Below are positions 26,449 to 35,355 of a stretch of 48,084 nucleotides of DNA, one piece after another (the first letter of the stretch is position 1; each line of letters opens with the position of its first letter). The stretch is taken from the IMG/VR virus record IMGVR_UViG_3300046490_000071, positions 1 to 48,084 of that record; one strand, 5' to 3'. Under the pieces are notes generated by a model that was not told the DNA's origin, did no database searches, and saw only the letters and a program-made list of their open reading frames with translations. The translations under genes were made by a program, and so were the position numbers. This DNA comes from a virus (taxonomy: Duplodnaviria; Caudoviricetes).

Positions 26449-27332
26449 TGGCCAGCAACACCTCAATCGAGTGGTGTGACTCGACCTGGAACCCAATTCG
26501 CGGCTGCACGCGCAAATCGCCGGGATGCGTGAATTGCTATGCCGAAGTCATGGCGGCGCGATTTTCTGATCCTGGACAATGGGGACATGGATTTGCCGCG
26601 ATGAAGGGCGGCGATCACCGATGGACCGGCAAGGTGGAGTTGGTCGAAAGCCAATTGCTTCTTCCTATGACATGGCGAAAGCCGCGCCGCATCTTCGTGA
26701 ACTCGACCAGCGATCTATTCCACGAAGCGCTTTCCGATGAAACGATCGACAAGGTGTTCGCTGTCATGGCGTTTGCAGGGCAGCACACATACCAAATTCT
26801 GACGAAGCGTCCCGAGCGCATGCCGCAATACTTTGCGCGACGCGATCGTGCGCGGAAGACAAATGACGCGGCGCGGTCTTTCGGTGTTGCGCTTGAATTT
26901 GAGGACATTTCTCTGCTTCTTGAAATCCTTCCGAACGTATGGCTCGGCGCCAGCGTTGAGGACAACGAACGCGCGCGTGAGCGTATCCCGCTTTTACGCA
27001 CGACGCCGGCCGCAGTTAGATTTCTGTCGCTGGAGCCGCTTCTCGAAGAACTCAAACCGTTCGAGATGACTGGAATCCATCAGGTCATCATCGGAGGCGA
27101 AAGTGGGCCGCACGCCAGGATGTTTGACACTCGCTGGGCAACGCCGATCATTGAGCAGTGCGCGCGCGAAGGCGTCGCGTGCTTTGTCAAGCAGCTCGGA
27201 TCGAACGTCACTGGACCGCACGCAAACGGGGTCAACGTCACGACGCTGAAACTGGCCGATAGCAAGGGCGGTGACATGGCAGAATGGCCGAAAGAATTAC
27301 GAGTCAGACAATTTCCAATAAGCAAAGGGTGA
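26448..27332 (+). CDS. DUF5131 (phage gp37/gp68) family radical-SAM-like protein
   Basis: IEW.D.TWNP..GC.R.SPGC.NCYA, FVNSTSDLFH, QILTKRPER, FLSLEPLL, IIGGESG. Confidence 0.9.
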   Translation: MASNTSIEWCDSTWNPIRGCTRKSPGCVNCYAEVMAARFSDPGQWGHGFAAMKGGDHRWTGKVELVESQLLLPMTWRKPRRIFVNSTSDLFHEALSDETIDKVFAVMAFAGQHTYQILTKRPERMPQYFARRDRARKTNDAARSFGVALEFEDISLLLEILPNVWLGASVEDNERARERIPLLRTTPAAVRFLSLEPLLEELKPFEMTGIHQVIIGGESGPHARMFDTRWATPIIEQCAREGVACFVKQLGSNVTGPHANGVNVTTLKLADSKGGDMAEWPKELRVRQFPISKG

Positions 27333-27340
27333 TGTAAGCC

Positions 27341-27538
27341 ATGCCGCTGACGATAAAAGATGCGAAACCCTGCCCGTTCTGCGGCTCTAAGAAACTGAAG
27401 CTACAGGACATGGGCGGCGCATCATTCTGGTTTGTCGAGTGTGAGAAGTGCAGCGCAGATGGTCCACATTAAGATGACGATGAGCGAGAACATGCCGCCG
27501 TTGCCAGATGGAATCAGAGAACAAAACTGACAAAGTGA
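27341..27538 (+). pseudogene. Lar-family restriction alleviation protein with in-frame TAA
   Basis: KPCPFCG...VECEKC.A.GPH*...AVARWNQR; TAA at 27470-27472 lies before the family-typical A..WNxR end. Confidence 0.7.
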
Positions 27539-27548
27539 GATTGTCACC

Positions 27549-27836
27549 ATGATTATCGAAACACCATCACCAGACGACCTTCGCCGTATCCGCGAGCGCC
27601 TCGGACTGTCGCAACGTGAACTCGCAGACGCGCTTGGGTTCACACCAAACGGCACAGCTACGATTCGGGCATGGGAAACCGGCGAGCGCGATGGAACGCC
27701 ATTCCGTCCGACGCCACTCGCCGTGATGGCGCTCCGGTATCTCGACGCTCTGGTCCTGGTCTACAACCAGATTCCGTATGATGACCCTATTTCACAAGAG
27801 AAAATTCGAACGGTGCTGCCGGAAAGCCTGCGATGA
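27549..27836 (+). CDS. XRE/HigA-like HTH protein
   Basis: LRRIRERLGLSQRELADALG....TIRAWETG. Confidence 0.85.
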   Translation: MIIETPSPDDLRRIRERLGLSQRELADALGFTPNGTATIRAWETGERDGTPFRPTPLAVMALRYLDALVLVYNQIPYDDPISQEKIRTVLPESLR

Positions 27837-28186
27837 ACGCGAAACGGAACGTCCAAATGGGGAAAACCATGACCGTTATCAAACCAAGTGATGTCCGCGA
27901 GGAACTTGAATTAGATTCTGCCGGACGCAACCCGCGCTTTGCGGACGGCCGCTGGCTCGGCGCCGCGATAGTCGTCATACTCGGTATCTGTGCCGGATCT
28001 CTGACGTACACCGCGATTGTCGGCAGCGGGGAACTGGTCGCCAAGGTATTCGCGGCAGTGTTCTGGGCTGGTCTCGGTCTAGCGATGCTCGCAGCCATGA
28101 CGTCGGCAATCGGCTGGCGGAAAATAATCCGTCTCAGACGAACGTCGACAGAAGCCAGCAGGCGAGCCCGAGCGGCAAGAAGTTGA
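27833..28186 (+). CDS. Two-TM membrane protein
   Basis: Two hydrophobic helices and a basic C-terminus. Confidence 0.55.
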   Translation: MNAKRNVQMGKTMTVIKPSDVREELELDSAGRNPRFADGRWLGAAIVVILGICAGSLTYTAIVGSGELVAKVFAAVFWAGLGLAMLAAMTSAIGWRKIIRLRRTSTEASRRARAARS

Positions 28187-28247
28187 TGGTCGAGTTCGCG
28201 GGCGGGAACGCCGCGACGATCAGGAACACGACGCCGAGGATCGACAT
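28134..28247 (-). CDS. 37 aa hydrophobic peptide on the opposite strand
   Basis: SD AGGGGGAG; MSILGVVFLIVAAFPP...FLPLGLACWLLSTFV. Confidence 0.5.
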   Translation of the reverse strand: MSILGVVFLIVAAFPPANSTINFLPLGLACWLLSTFV

Positions 28248-28337
28248 GGGGGCTCCCCCTACGGTTTCGCGCGCACGCTATGCCGGTCGGTCCAGGCTGG
28301 GCAGGTTAGGAATGTACTCAAATCGGCCGCGCGCCCA

Positions 28338-28365
28338 TTGACGGCAGAGTCGCGCCCGATAATAT
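28338..28365 (+). promoter_or_regulatory. Sigma70-like promoter
   Basis: TTGACG-16 bp-TAATAT. Confidence 0.45.
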
Positions 28366-28395
28366 GCGTACTATTCGCAATAAGGATCGCGCCCC

Positions 28396-28695
28396 ATGTT
28401 CGGCTGTCGCACCCTCGCCGCGCTTCTGCGCATCGAGGCGCTCCTTCGCACCATCGCAAACCAGGAGAAACTCGCCATGGCAACGCTTGCCGACATCCAA
28501 GCCGAAGTGACCGCCGAGCGGACGATCGACGAAGGTCTGCTCGTGCTGATCAACCAGCTTATCGCCGCCAAGGACGACCCGGCGGCGCTGGACGCCATCC
28601 TTCAGGGCATGAAGGACAACATCGCCCCGCTCTCCGCGGCGCTCACCGCCAACACGCCGGCCGCGACAGAAGCGTCGAAGCCCTTCCACCTGTAG
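28396..28695 (+). CDS. Hypothetical helical protein (possible internal start at 28477)
   Basis: AGGAG SD before ATG 28477; DDPAAL...ALTANTP. Confidence 0.6.
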   Translation: MFGCRTLAALLRIEALLRTIANQEKLAMATLADIQAEVTAERTIDEGLLVLINQLIAAKDDPAALDAILQGMKDNIAPLSAALTANTPAATEASKPFHL

Positions 28696-28860
28696 CCGAA
28701 TAGCGGTATACCGTCGCCTGTCAGTACGACGCTACGCTCTTGGCATGAGCAACGGGAGGCAGCCATGGCGCGGGATCCGGGGCCGATGTAGCCCCGAAAA
28801 GCCGCGGTAACTGAATTAAACTCTCGAAGGTTTGGAATCACTAAGTGGAACTGCTTCAAG

Positions 28861-28904
28861 GTGCAGTCCGGAGGTCGCCAAGGCTTCCGGGCTGCATTTG
28901 CATT
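28861..28904 (+). terminator. Long hairpin, possible intrinsic terminator
   Basis: TGCAGTCCGGA...TCCGGGCTGCA stem followed by TTTGCATT. Confidence 0.5.
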
Positions 28905-28932
28905 CTGGCGCGACGCAGTGTAACGTTACGCC

Positions 28933-29310
28933 ATGACAAAACGATTTTGCCCGAACTGCAACACCCTCCACGACGGACACTGTTCGCCCCGCGCGCTCGC
29001 TGCGGCAGGCGGCAAGAAGTCCGGCGCCACCGAGCCAAAGCCCAAGGCTGAACCTGCGAAGGCGCCATCGGCCAAACCGGTGCCGAAACCGGAGCGCAAG
29101 CGCGCCGCGCCCATCCCACGGAAGCCTGCCGAATCACCCACCGCCGAACGGTTGCGGACCGAGGCGTTTTTAGACGCGTCGGCTGAGCCCGTGGTCGACT
29201 GGAAAGCAAAATACGAGGCGCTGATCGCCGGCCAACGGAAGGCGACGCTTGAGCGCGTTCGGAAGTTCCGCGCCAAAGAAAAGAAATCCAAGAAGGGGAA
29301 AAAGTCATGA
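28933..29310 (+). CDS. Basic putative DNA-binding protein
   Basis: CPNC..H..C N-terminus, P/K linker, ERVRKFRAK end. Confidence 0.6.
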   Translation: MTKRFCPNCNTLHDGHCSPRALAAAGGKKSGATEPKPKAEPAKAPSAKPVPKPERKRAAPIPRKPAESPTAERLRTEAFLDASAEPVVDWKAKYEALIAGQRKATLERVRKFRAKEKKSKKGKKS

Positions 29311-30086
29311 ATCCTACCACCACGCTCGCGCGCATTCGCGAGAAGTCACCGTGCTCGGAAGGCTGGGCAAAGCTTCTCACTGGCCTCGGCTACGCGGACG
29401 GCAATTTCGATTCCCAACGAATTGTCAGCCTTGGCGATATCGCAACTACAAACGATGCCAAGGATGCAATATGGTCGATCCGTGCGCTGGACTGGAATTA
29501 CATTGCCGTTCGCCGTGCCGTTCTGGCTGGTGCAGTTCTTCCAGCCGTAAAGCGAGCGGCAACGCACACAAAGAATCAGCGTGTTCACGATGCAGTAGCC
29601 GATCTTGAGCGATGGTGTGCTGGTGATGACACGATTGATCTGGAGAATGTGAGGAAATCCGTCGCCGCCTACGCCGCCTACGCCACCGACGCCACCGCCT
29701 CCGCCGCCTACGCCACCTACGCCACCTACGCCGCCACCGCCGCCGCCGCCTACGCCACCGCCGCCGCCTACGCCACCGACGCCACCTACGCCGCCTACGC
29801 CACCGACGCCACCTACGCCGCCGACGCCACCCACGCCGCCGCCTACGCCTCCTACGCCGCCGACGCCGCCTACGCCGCCTACGCCACCGACGCCGCCGCC
29901 GCCGCCGCCGCCGCCACCTACGCCGCCACCGCCGCCGCCGCCTACGCCACCTACGCCGCCGACGCCGCCGACGCCGCCTACGCCGCCTACGCCGAAAGAA
30001 AGCAACAGCGGTTAGATATCATCGCGGCGTTTCCGCCTGTGGCATTGGGGGCACTATCGGTTTTCGAACGTGAGACGGCAACATGA
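29307..30086 (+). CDS. Hypothetical protein with Ala/Tyr/Thr/Asp low-complexity repeat
   Basis: TTTL..IR...PC.EGW..LL..LG N-terminal domain, then an AAYAAYATDA repeat. Confidence 0.75.
   Translation: MNPTTTLARIREKSPCSEGWAKLLTGLGYADGNFDSQRIVSLGDIATTNDAKDAIWSIRALDWNYIAVRRAVLAGAVLPAVKRAATHTKNQRVHDAVADLERWCAGDDTIDLENVRKSVAAYAAYATDATASAAYATYATYAATAAAAYATAAAYATDATYAAYATDATYAADATHAAAYASYAADAAYAAYATDAAAAAAAATYAATAAAAYATYAADAADAAYAAYAERKQQRLDIIAAFPPVALGALSVFERETAT
29664..29993 (+). repeat. Degenerate tandem repeat built from GCC/TAC/ACC/GAC triplets
   Basis: About 330 bp made almost entirely of these codons. Confidence 0.9.
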
Positions 30087-30460
30087 ATCGCACCGCGCTG
30101 ATCTTGGCCGCAATTCTTGCCGCAGCGCCGGCACCGGCCGCAAACTTTATGGACCCATGCCCCGGCGCGCTGATGCCACCGACAAAGTACGACCACACCC
30201 CGCGGCCCACTCCGATTTACCGGCTGGTCGACGACGTGACCGAGCCCTGCCGCGACCTTGGCTGGCGCGGCGGATCGTGGCACCACCTTTTAGCCTGCAA
30301 CGGCTGGAAGGATCACCGCTGGTACGTCATTCTCGACAAGCACCGATCCGTCGAGGAATTGCGCTGCGATGTGCGACACGAATTCGGGCACCCGAACGAG
30401 ATCGACGCCGGTGTCGATCGTGAAGATGACGCATGGCACGTCGGCTGGGTCCGGCAATGA
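30083..30460 (+). CDS. Secreted small HExxH protein
   Basis: Signal-peptide-like MNRTALILAAILAAAPAPA; RHEFGH; four Cys. Confidence 0.65.
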   Translation: MNRTALILAAILAAAPAPAANFMDPCPGALMPPTKYDHTPRPTPIYRLVDDVTEPCRDLGWRGGSWHHLLACNGWKDHRWYVILDKHRSVEELRCDVRHEFGHPNEIDAGVDREDDAWHVGWVRQ

Positions 30461-30633
30461 CGACAGACAACAACGGCGCACTGCGAGAGCTGGCAGCAGT
30501 TTCGAACGCGCTTCTCGCCGAGTGTCTCGACGCGATGCGATTGCCCAAGGAATTGCAGGGCCGCGTTAGCCTTGGCGATCTATTCCGTGAAGCGGCCAAG
30601 CGCGTGCGGATACTGGACAAGGTGATATCATGA
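30457..30633 (+). CDS. Hypothetical protein
   Basis: ATGA-coupled ORF. Confidence 0.5.
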   Translation: MTTDNNGALRELAAVSNALLAECLDAMRLPKELQGRVSLGDLFREAAKRVRILDKVIS

Positions 30634-30959
30634 TGAACGGCGTCTACATCGGAAATCAGGCGCCATCGTCACAATCTCCTACCCTCGGCGTCGGTGTGAA
30701 GTTCAGCGCTACCCATGACGGCGCGCGGCACGAGTTCGAAGCCGTCGAGCAAGCGAACATGGGCGACGGCTGGTGGTGCCGGAAAGTGATGGACCCTTCG
30801 CGCGGCGTCCTGCGGGCGACTGTGTTCTATACCGGCGACATGACGGACTTTGTCCGCGAGGAAATCAACGGCGTGCCCGGCCCGTGGTCGTGGGGAACTG
30901 GCGCCTGGGTCACCGGACGCGTCCTCTCCGCCGACGAAATGAAGAGGATCACGCCGTGA
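30630..30959 (+). CDS. Hypothetical protein
   Basis: ATGA-coupled ORF, AAGGTG SD. Confidence 0.6.
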   Translation: MMNGVYIGNQAPSSQSPTLGVGVKFSATHDGARHEFEAVEQANMGDGWWCRKVMDPSRGVLRATVFYTGDMTDFVREEINGVPGPWSWGTGAWVTGRVLSADEMKRITP

Positions 30960-31201
30960 TCGTCACCACGCAGCCGTCCATAGACGAGGTGACACCGAAG
31001 CGGAGTGGCGATCTTTTCGATCTCCATTTTGTCCCGTCTCATGGTGGATTTTTGGGGTTCGCTGCATCGAAAGAACAGGCGGAAATCTTGTTCAGTCGCT
31101 GCATAGATTTGGTGATTTGCGTCGACATTCCCCGTTCAATGTTGACGGCATGTTACAGCGACGCGGTTCAGTTTTTCGACGGCGAATCAGGAAAAGGATA
31201 A
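30956..31201 (+). CDS. Hypothetical protein
   Basis: GTGA overlap, GAGGA SD. Confidence 0.5.
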   Translation: MIVTTQPSIDEVTPKRSGDLFDLHFVPSHGGFLGFAASKEQAEILFSRCIDLVICVDIPRSMLTACYSDAVQFFDGESGKG

Positions 31202-31208
31202 CCGCCCC

Positions 31209-31466
31209 ATGACCACACTCGCCCGCCTGTCTCAACTACTTTGGCTCTTCCAAGCTGGCCAAACCGAATTCAGGAACGATCAGGACCGCGGCTACTACGA
31301 GCAACACGCCAAACGGGTCTGCACCAGAATGACGTCAAAACTGTTCGGCGCGGCGCGGGAGCCCAGCGAGGCGATGATCGCTGCCGCGAAGAATGCCGGG
31401 TTTAACGGCCATGATGCCGCAAACTGCTGGCGCACGATGATCGATAGTCTTCTGGAGGATGAGTGA
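31209..31466 (+). CDS. Hypothetical protein
   Basis: REPSEAMI.A....WRTMID, similar to the ORF at 25427. Confidence 0.6.
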   Translation: MTTLARLSQLLWLFQAGQTEFRNDQDRGYYEQHAKRVCTRMTSKLFGAAREPSEAMIAAAKNAGFNGHDAANCWRTMIDSLLEDE

Positions 31467-31741
31467 TGCATGACGGCGACGTGAAACGTTACATCGATCC
31501 GAGCCGCTTCGCCAGCTCGAACCCAGCCCTTGCCGAGACCGTGGCGTTCAGCCTAAAGATCGAAGACGAGCGGCATCGGGGAACCACCCTTGCCCGCGCT
31601 ATCCGGCGCGTCGTCCCGCCCCACGAGTTCGCCCTCAAGAAGTCCGTCGAGATCCTCGCCCAGTACGGCCCAGCCATCCAAGCCAAATTCATCCGGCTCA
31701 TGGCCGTCGAGAACGCCCGCAATCGGACCAGATCGTACTGA
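31463..31741 (+). CDS. Hypothetical protein
   Basis: GGAGG SD, coupled ORF. Confidence 0.55.
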   Translation: MMHDGDVKRYIDPSRFASSNPALAETVAFSLKIEDERHRGTTLARAIRRVVPPHEFALKKSVEILAQYGPAIQAKFIRLMAVENARNRTRSY

Positions 31742-31786
31742 ATGCTGACCTATTAATTTACCGCTGCTCAATAGGAGCCCAGGAAA

Positions 31787-33089
31787 TTGGCGACAAAACG
31801 TAGCCTGAAACTGACGCACGCGGCGGACCTCAAGGTCGTGTATCTGCCCATCGGGGACATCAAGCCGGACCCGAACAACGCGCGCACGCACTCGGCGGAA
31901 CAGGTCGAGCAGTTGCGCGCCTCCATGCGGGAGTACGGCTTCACGAACCCGATCCTGCTGCGGCCGAACGGGATGATCGGTGCGGGCCACGGGCGGCTCA
32001 TGGCGGCGAAGGCCAACGGGATGGCTACGGTCCCGACCATTACGATCCACGGCCTGTCCGAGCGGCAGTGGCGGGCCTATGCAATTGCGGACAACCGGCT
32101 TGCGTTGTCGGCTGGATGGAGCGACGAACTTCTGAGTGTGCAGATCGCCAGCCTGAAGAACGAAGGCTACGACATATCACTGCTCGGATTCGCCGACCTC
32201 GAACTCGGGGAACTCGGCATCGAAGGGTTCACGCCCGACGAAGTTACGGCCCGCGCCGAAGAGACCCCGGAGCCACCGAAGAACCCCGTGGTCAAGCGCG
32301 GCGAACTGTGGCTGCTCGGCGATCATCGCCTGCTCTGTGGCGACAGCACGAACGCCGACGACGTGGCGAAGGTTCTGGGGGGGGGGCAAGCCGCATCTCA
32401 TGGTCACTGATCCGCCGTATGGCGTCGAGTACGATCCGAACTGGCGTAATGTTGAGGCTGCGAAGGGAAATCTCGCCTACTCGGATCGCCGAGTAGGCGT
32501 TGTCGCAAACGACGAAAGAATCGACTGGTCTGAGGCGTGGGCTAACTTTCCCGGTGACGTTGCCTACTGCTGGCATGCCGACCGGCATGCCAGCACGGTG
32601 CAATCCTCCCTTGAAAGTGCAGGATTTATAATCCGATGTCAGATCATATGGGCAAAGTCGAACTATCCGATCTCGCGCGGCGATTACCATTGGCGACACG
32701 AACCGTGCTGGTATGCGGTTCGAAAAGGAAAGACCGGGCATTGGGCTGGCGATCGTAAGCAGACCACGCTTTGGGATATCAACCTCGACAAGAATGTTGA
32801 AGGCGGTCATTCCACCCAGAAACCCGTCGAGTGCATGAAGCGCCCCATTGTAAACAACTCCAAGCATGGCGATGGCGTGTACGATCCGTTCTGCGGTTCC
32901 GGCACCACGATCATCGCCGCTGAGATGGAGAAGCGCCACTGCTACGCCATCGAGATCGAACCGGTGTATGCGCAGGTCTCCATCGAGCGCTGGCAGAATT
33001 TCAGTTCCAAGATCGCGACACGCGAAGACGGCAAGACGCTCGCGGACTTGCAGAAGAAGGGGAAGAAGAATGCGAAGGGTAGTGCTTGA
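31787..33089 (+). pseudogene. ParB-N-terminal domain + DNA adenine methyltransferase fusion, frameshifted at a G10 tract
   Basis: NNARTHS..Q...L..S..EYGFTNPI...GHGR..A (ParB-N); LGDHRLLCGDST in one frame; TDPPYG, HSTQKP and DPFCGSGTT in another; G9 at 32377-32386 would join them. Confidence 0.85.
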
Positions 33090-33432
33090 GAGCCCGTATG
33101 GGGCGCCGACGCCGGATGGTGTGGCGCGTAACGTTTCGTATGCGAAGCGCGCTTTTGCCGATTGCCTTCGGCTTGGCGATGCGCCGATAGCCTCGCACCT
33201 GCTATTCACCCAGGACGGCATTCTCGACGACGCCAAGCCTGACGAGCGCAAACTCGGCATGGCGGCAGGGCACGCATGGATTCCCGTCGCCGAGGCGATG
33301 GTGGTCTACAGCGACCACGGCATCAGCGACGGAATGTGCGAAGCGGTGAAGATCGCTGCGGAGTACGGCGTGCCGGTGGAATACCGGAAGATCGGCAAAG
33401 AGGAATCGCCATGGCCCGCCCAAGCAAGCTGA
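33070..33432 (+). CDS. DUF4406/nucleoside deoxyribosyltransferase-like fold protein
   Basis: ESPY.....N..YA.....C...G.APIASHLL..Q..LDD..P.ER..G......VY.D.GIS.GM. Confidence 0.7.
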   Translation: MRRVVLESPYGAPTPDGVARNVSYAKRAFADCLRLGDAPIASHLLFTQDGILDDAKPDERKLGMAAGHAWIPVAEAMVVYSDHGISDGMCEAVKIAAEYGVPVEYRKIGKEESPWPAQAS

Positions 33433-33707
33433 CTGACGACCAGTGGAACGAGGTCTACCGGCTCTATCAGGAGGGCGCGACATGCCCGATGTTGGGCGAG
33501 AAGTTCGGCCTCAACCAGAGAACGATCGGCGACCACATACTGCGGCACCGGCCAGGGATTCTGCGAGACTTCGCCCATGGCCGCGTCCGGCTATTCCATG
33601 CCATTCCGAAGCCCGAGCCTGTAACGGTTACGGAGCCAGCGCCCGCCGAGAAGCCGAAGCCCTTCATCACGCCGCCGTCGATTGACCGGCTTCGGGCCGG
33701 AAGATGA
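33411..33707 (+). CDS. HTH protein
   Basis: RPSKLT..Q.....LY..G.....LG.KFG....TI; ends IDRLRAGR. Confidence 0.7.
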   Translation: MARPSKLTDDQWNEVYRLYQEGATCPMLGEKFGLNQRTIGDHILRHRPGILRDFAHGRVRLFHAIPKPEPVTVTEPAPAEKPKPFITPPSIDRLRAGR

Positions 33708-34399
33708 CGGTGCACGCCGCCCCGATATCGAGCCCGCTATCGCTCCCCAAGGTGGCTCTATCGGTTCGCCAGCCGTGGGCATGGGCGTTGATACACGCCG
33801 CGAAGGACGTCGAGAACCGCGATTGGGGATCGGAATACCCCGCGTCCGGCTTTCGGGGCGCTGTCGCCATCCACGCGTCCCAGGGCATGACGCGGTCGGA
33901 ATACGAAGAGGCGCGCGAGTTCATAGCGAGCATCGGCGTCGAGTGCCCGTTGCCGCACCTGCTGGTCCGAGGCGCGATTATCGGCGTGGCGCGCGTGCTT
34001 GGGTTCGTCGACTATTCCCCGAGCCGGTGGTTCTGCGGCCCGTCAGCGCTCGTGATGGCGGACGCGACGCCGTGCGCCCGGCCAGTGCCGGCGGTGGGTG
34101 CCTTGGGCTTCTTCAAGTGGTCACCGGCGCCTGAAGACGTGATGCGCGAGCCTTCCCGTTGGATGCGTCCGGAGCACTACGACCCGCCGCCCGTAACCGT
34201 TACGCCTGCGGAGGGCGTCGGCGACCTGACGCCGTGGACCGCCGAGCAGCTCGCAAAGCTGAGCCTATTCCGCGGCGACCAGGAATACGGCCACGCCAAG
34301 GAAGCGGCAGACCGAGGCTGGTCCGCCCGCATGATCGCCGAGTTGATCGGGATGCCGTATGCTGAAACAGCGGAGAGCGCACATGCCCATGACGATTGA
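33704..34399 (+). CDS. ASCH-domain protein
   Basis: ALSVRQPWAWALI...KDVENR.W....RG..AIHAS...GAIIG. Confidence 0.85.
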   Translation: MTVHAAPISSPLSLPKVALSVRQPWAWALIHAAKDVENRDWGSEYPASGFRGAVAIHASQGMTRSEYEEAREFIASIGVECPLPHLLVRGAIIGVARVLGFVDYSPSRWFCGPSALVMADATPCARPVPAVGALGFFKWSPAPEDVMREPSRWMRPEHYDPPPVTVTPAEGVGDLTPWTAEQLAKLSLFRGDQEYGHAKEAADRGWSARMIAELIGMPYAETAESAHAHDD

Positions 34400-34607
34400 A
34401 CAGCGCGCGGCTTGCATCGCCGACCTTGCTATGCCTGGCGCCGTCCGCTGCGCTCTCCGGCGCAAGCGCGTCTACGACAAGGCGCTCCAGATGCTTGGGG
34501 AGTTGGCGCATGAGCGCGGGATCAAATACGAACTCACCGGGCCGTCGGCACCGCTTCAATCCATGACCGATGCGGCCCTTCACGCATTGACCGAGAATCG
34601 CAAATAG
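34383..34607 (+). CDS. Hypothetical protein
   Basis: GGAG SD; packs between ASCH and NusG. Confidence 0.5.
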   Translation: MPMTIEQRAACIADLAMPGAVRCALRRKRVYDKALQMLGELAHERGIKYELTGPSAPLQSMTDAALHALTENRK

Positions 34608-34655
34608 CCGACAACTACCTCCCAGCGAGAATCACCCAACGAGAACCGTGACCTG

Positions 34656-35174
34656 ATGGGCTGGTACGTTGTCGAGACAAATCCGATCCAGGAAGAAATC
34701 GCCGAAGGATCGATCAACGATCTCGGCATCAAAACGCTGCTCCTGAAGGAACCTCGAATCAGGCGATCGCATCATCGCTTCGCGCGGCCATACGTTCTGT
34801 CCTTCCCGGGCTATCTGTTTGCCGAGTTCGATTTGTCGCAGGACCGCTTCGCGTGGCCGGCCATCCCTCGGCAGCGAGGGGTTAGAACCATCTTGGGGAT
34901 GACTTCCCAACATGCGTTTCCGACTGCTATCCGACCGCAAGATTGCGAGCGTATTCAAGAGCTTGCCATAGAATTGAAGACGAGGATTGTGGAGGGAAGC
35001 GCCACTCCAAAGCCACTTCCGCCTGAGACCGTGATTCAAATCCTGTGGGGACCGTGGCAGGGGATCACTGGGAAAATTGAAATTGACAACGGAATCCGGG
35101 CGGACGTACTTCTCGCGTCGGCAGGAATGTTCGGTAAGGTCAACGTTCCTCGTGAATTGATCCAGGCGCTGTGA
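34656..35174 (+). CDS. NusG/RfaH-family antitermination factor
   Basis: WYVVET, FPGYLF, RGV..ILG (NGN domain); KOW-like I..GPWQG..G. Confidence 0.85.
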   Translation: MGWYVVETNPIQEEIAEGSINDLGIKTLLLKEPRIRRSHHRFARPYVLSFPGYLFAEFDLSQDRFAWPAIPRQRGVRTILGMTSQHAFPTAIRPQDCERIQELAIELKTRIVEGSATPKPLPPETVIQILWGPWQGITGKIEIDNGIRADVLLASAGMFGKVNVPRELIQAL

Positions 35175-35355
35175 ACCCGATCAGCCCCTTCGTGGCATGC
35201 CGTTGTCCGATAGGTTCGCGCAGCACTCAGTAACGTTACGCCGATTTTCCCCCTAGCCTGCTCACCGACGCGGCCTCCCCCGTCACACCAGACCAACCGG
35301 ACCGGACAGCGGCGGGCAGGCTTCCCCTCTCAATTCAAACATAGGGATCTATCTC

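Noticed and set aside
28696-28860. tRNA or hammerhead ribozyme
   Set aside because: No T-loop GTTCGA or cloverleaf, and no CTGATGA...GAAA core found by eye.
29664-29993. CRISPR array or DGR variable repeat
   Set aside because: No unique spacers, no template/variable repeat pair, and no reverse transcriptase or cas gene in the window.
29346-30005. 219 aa Gly/Val-rich minus-strand ORF
   Set aside because: It is the antisense shadow of the GCC/TAC repeat; the plus-strand gene is coupled to its neighbours.
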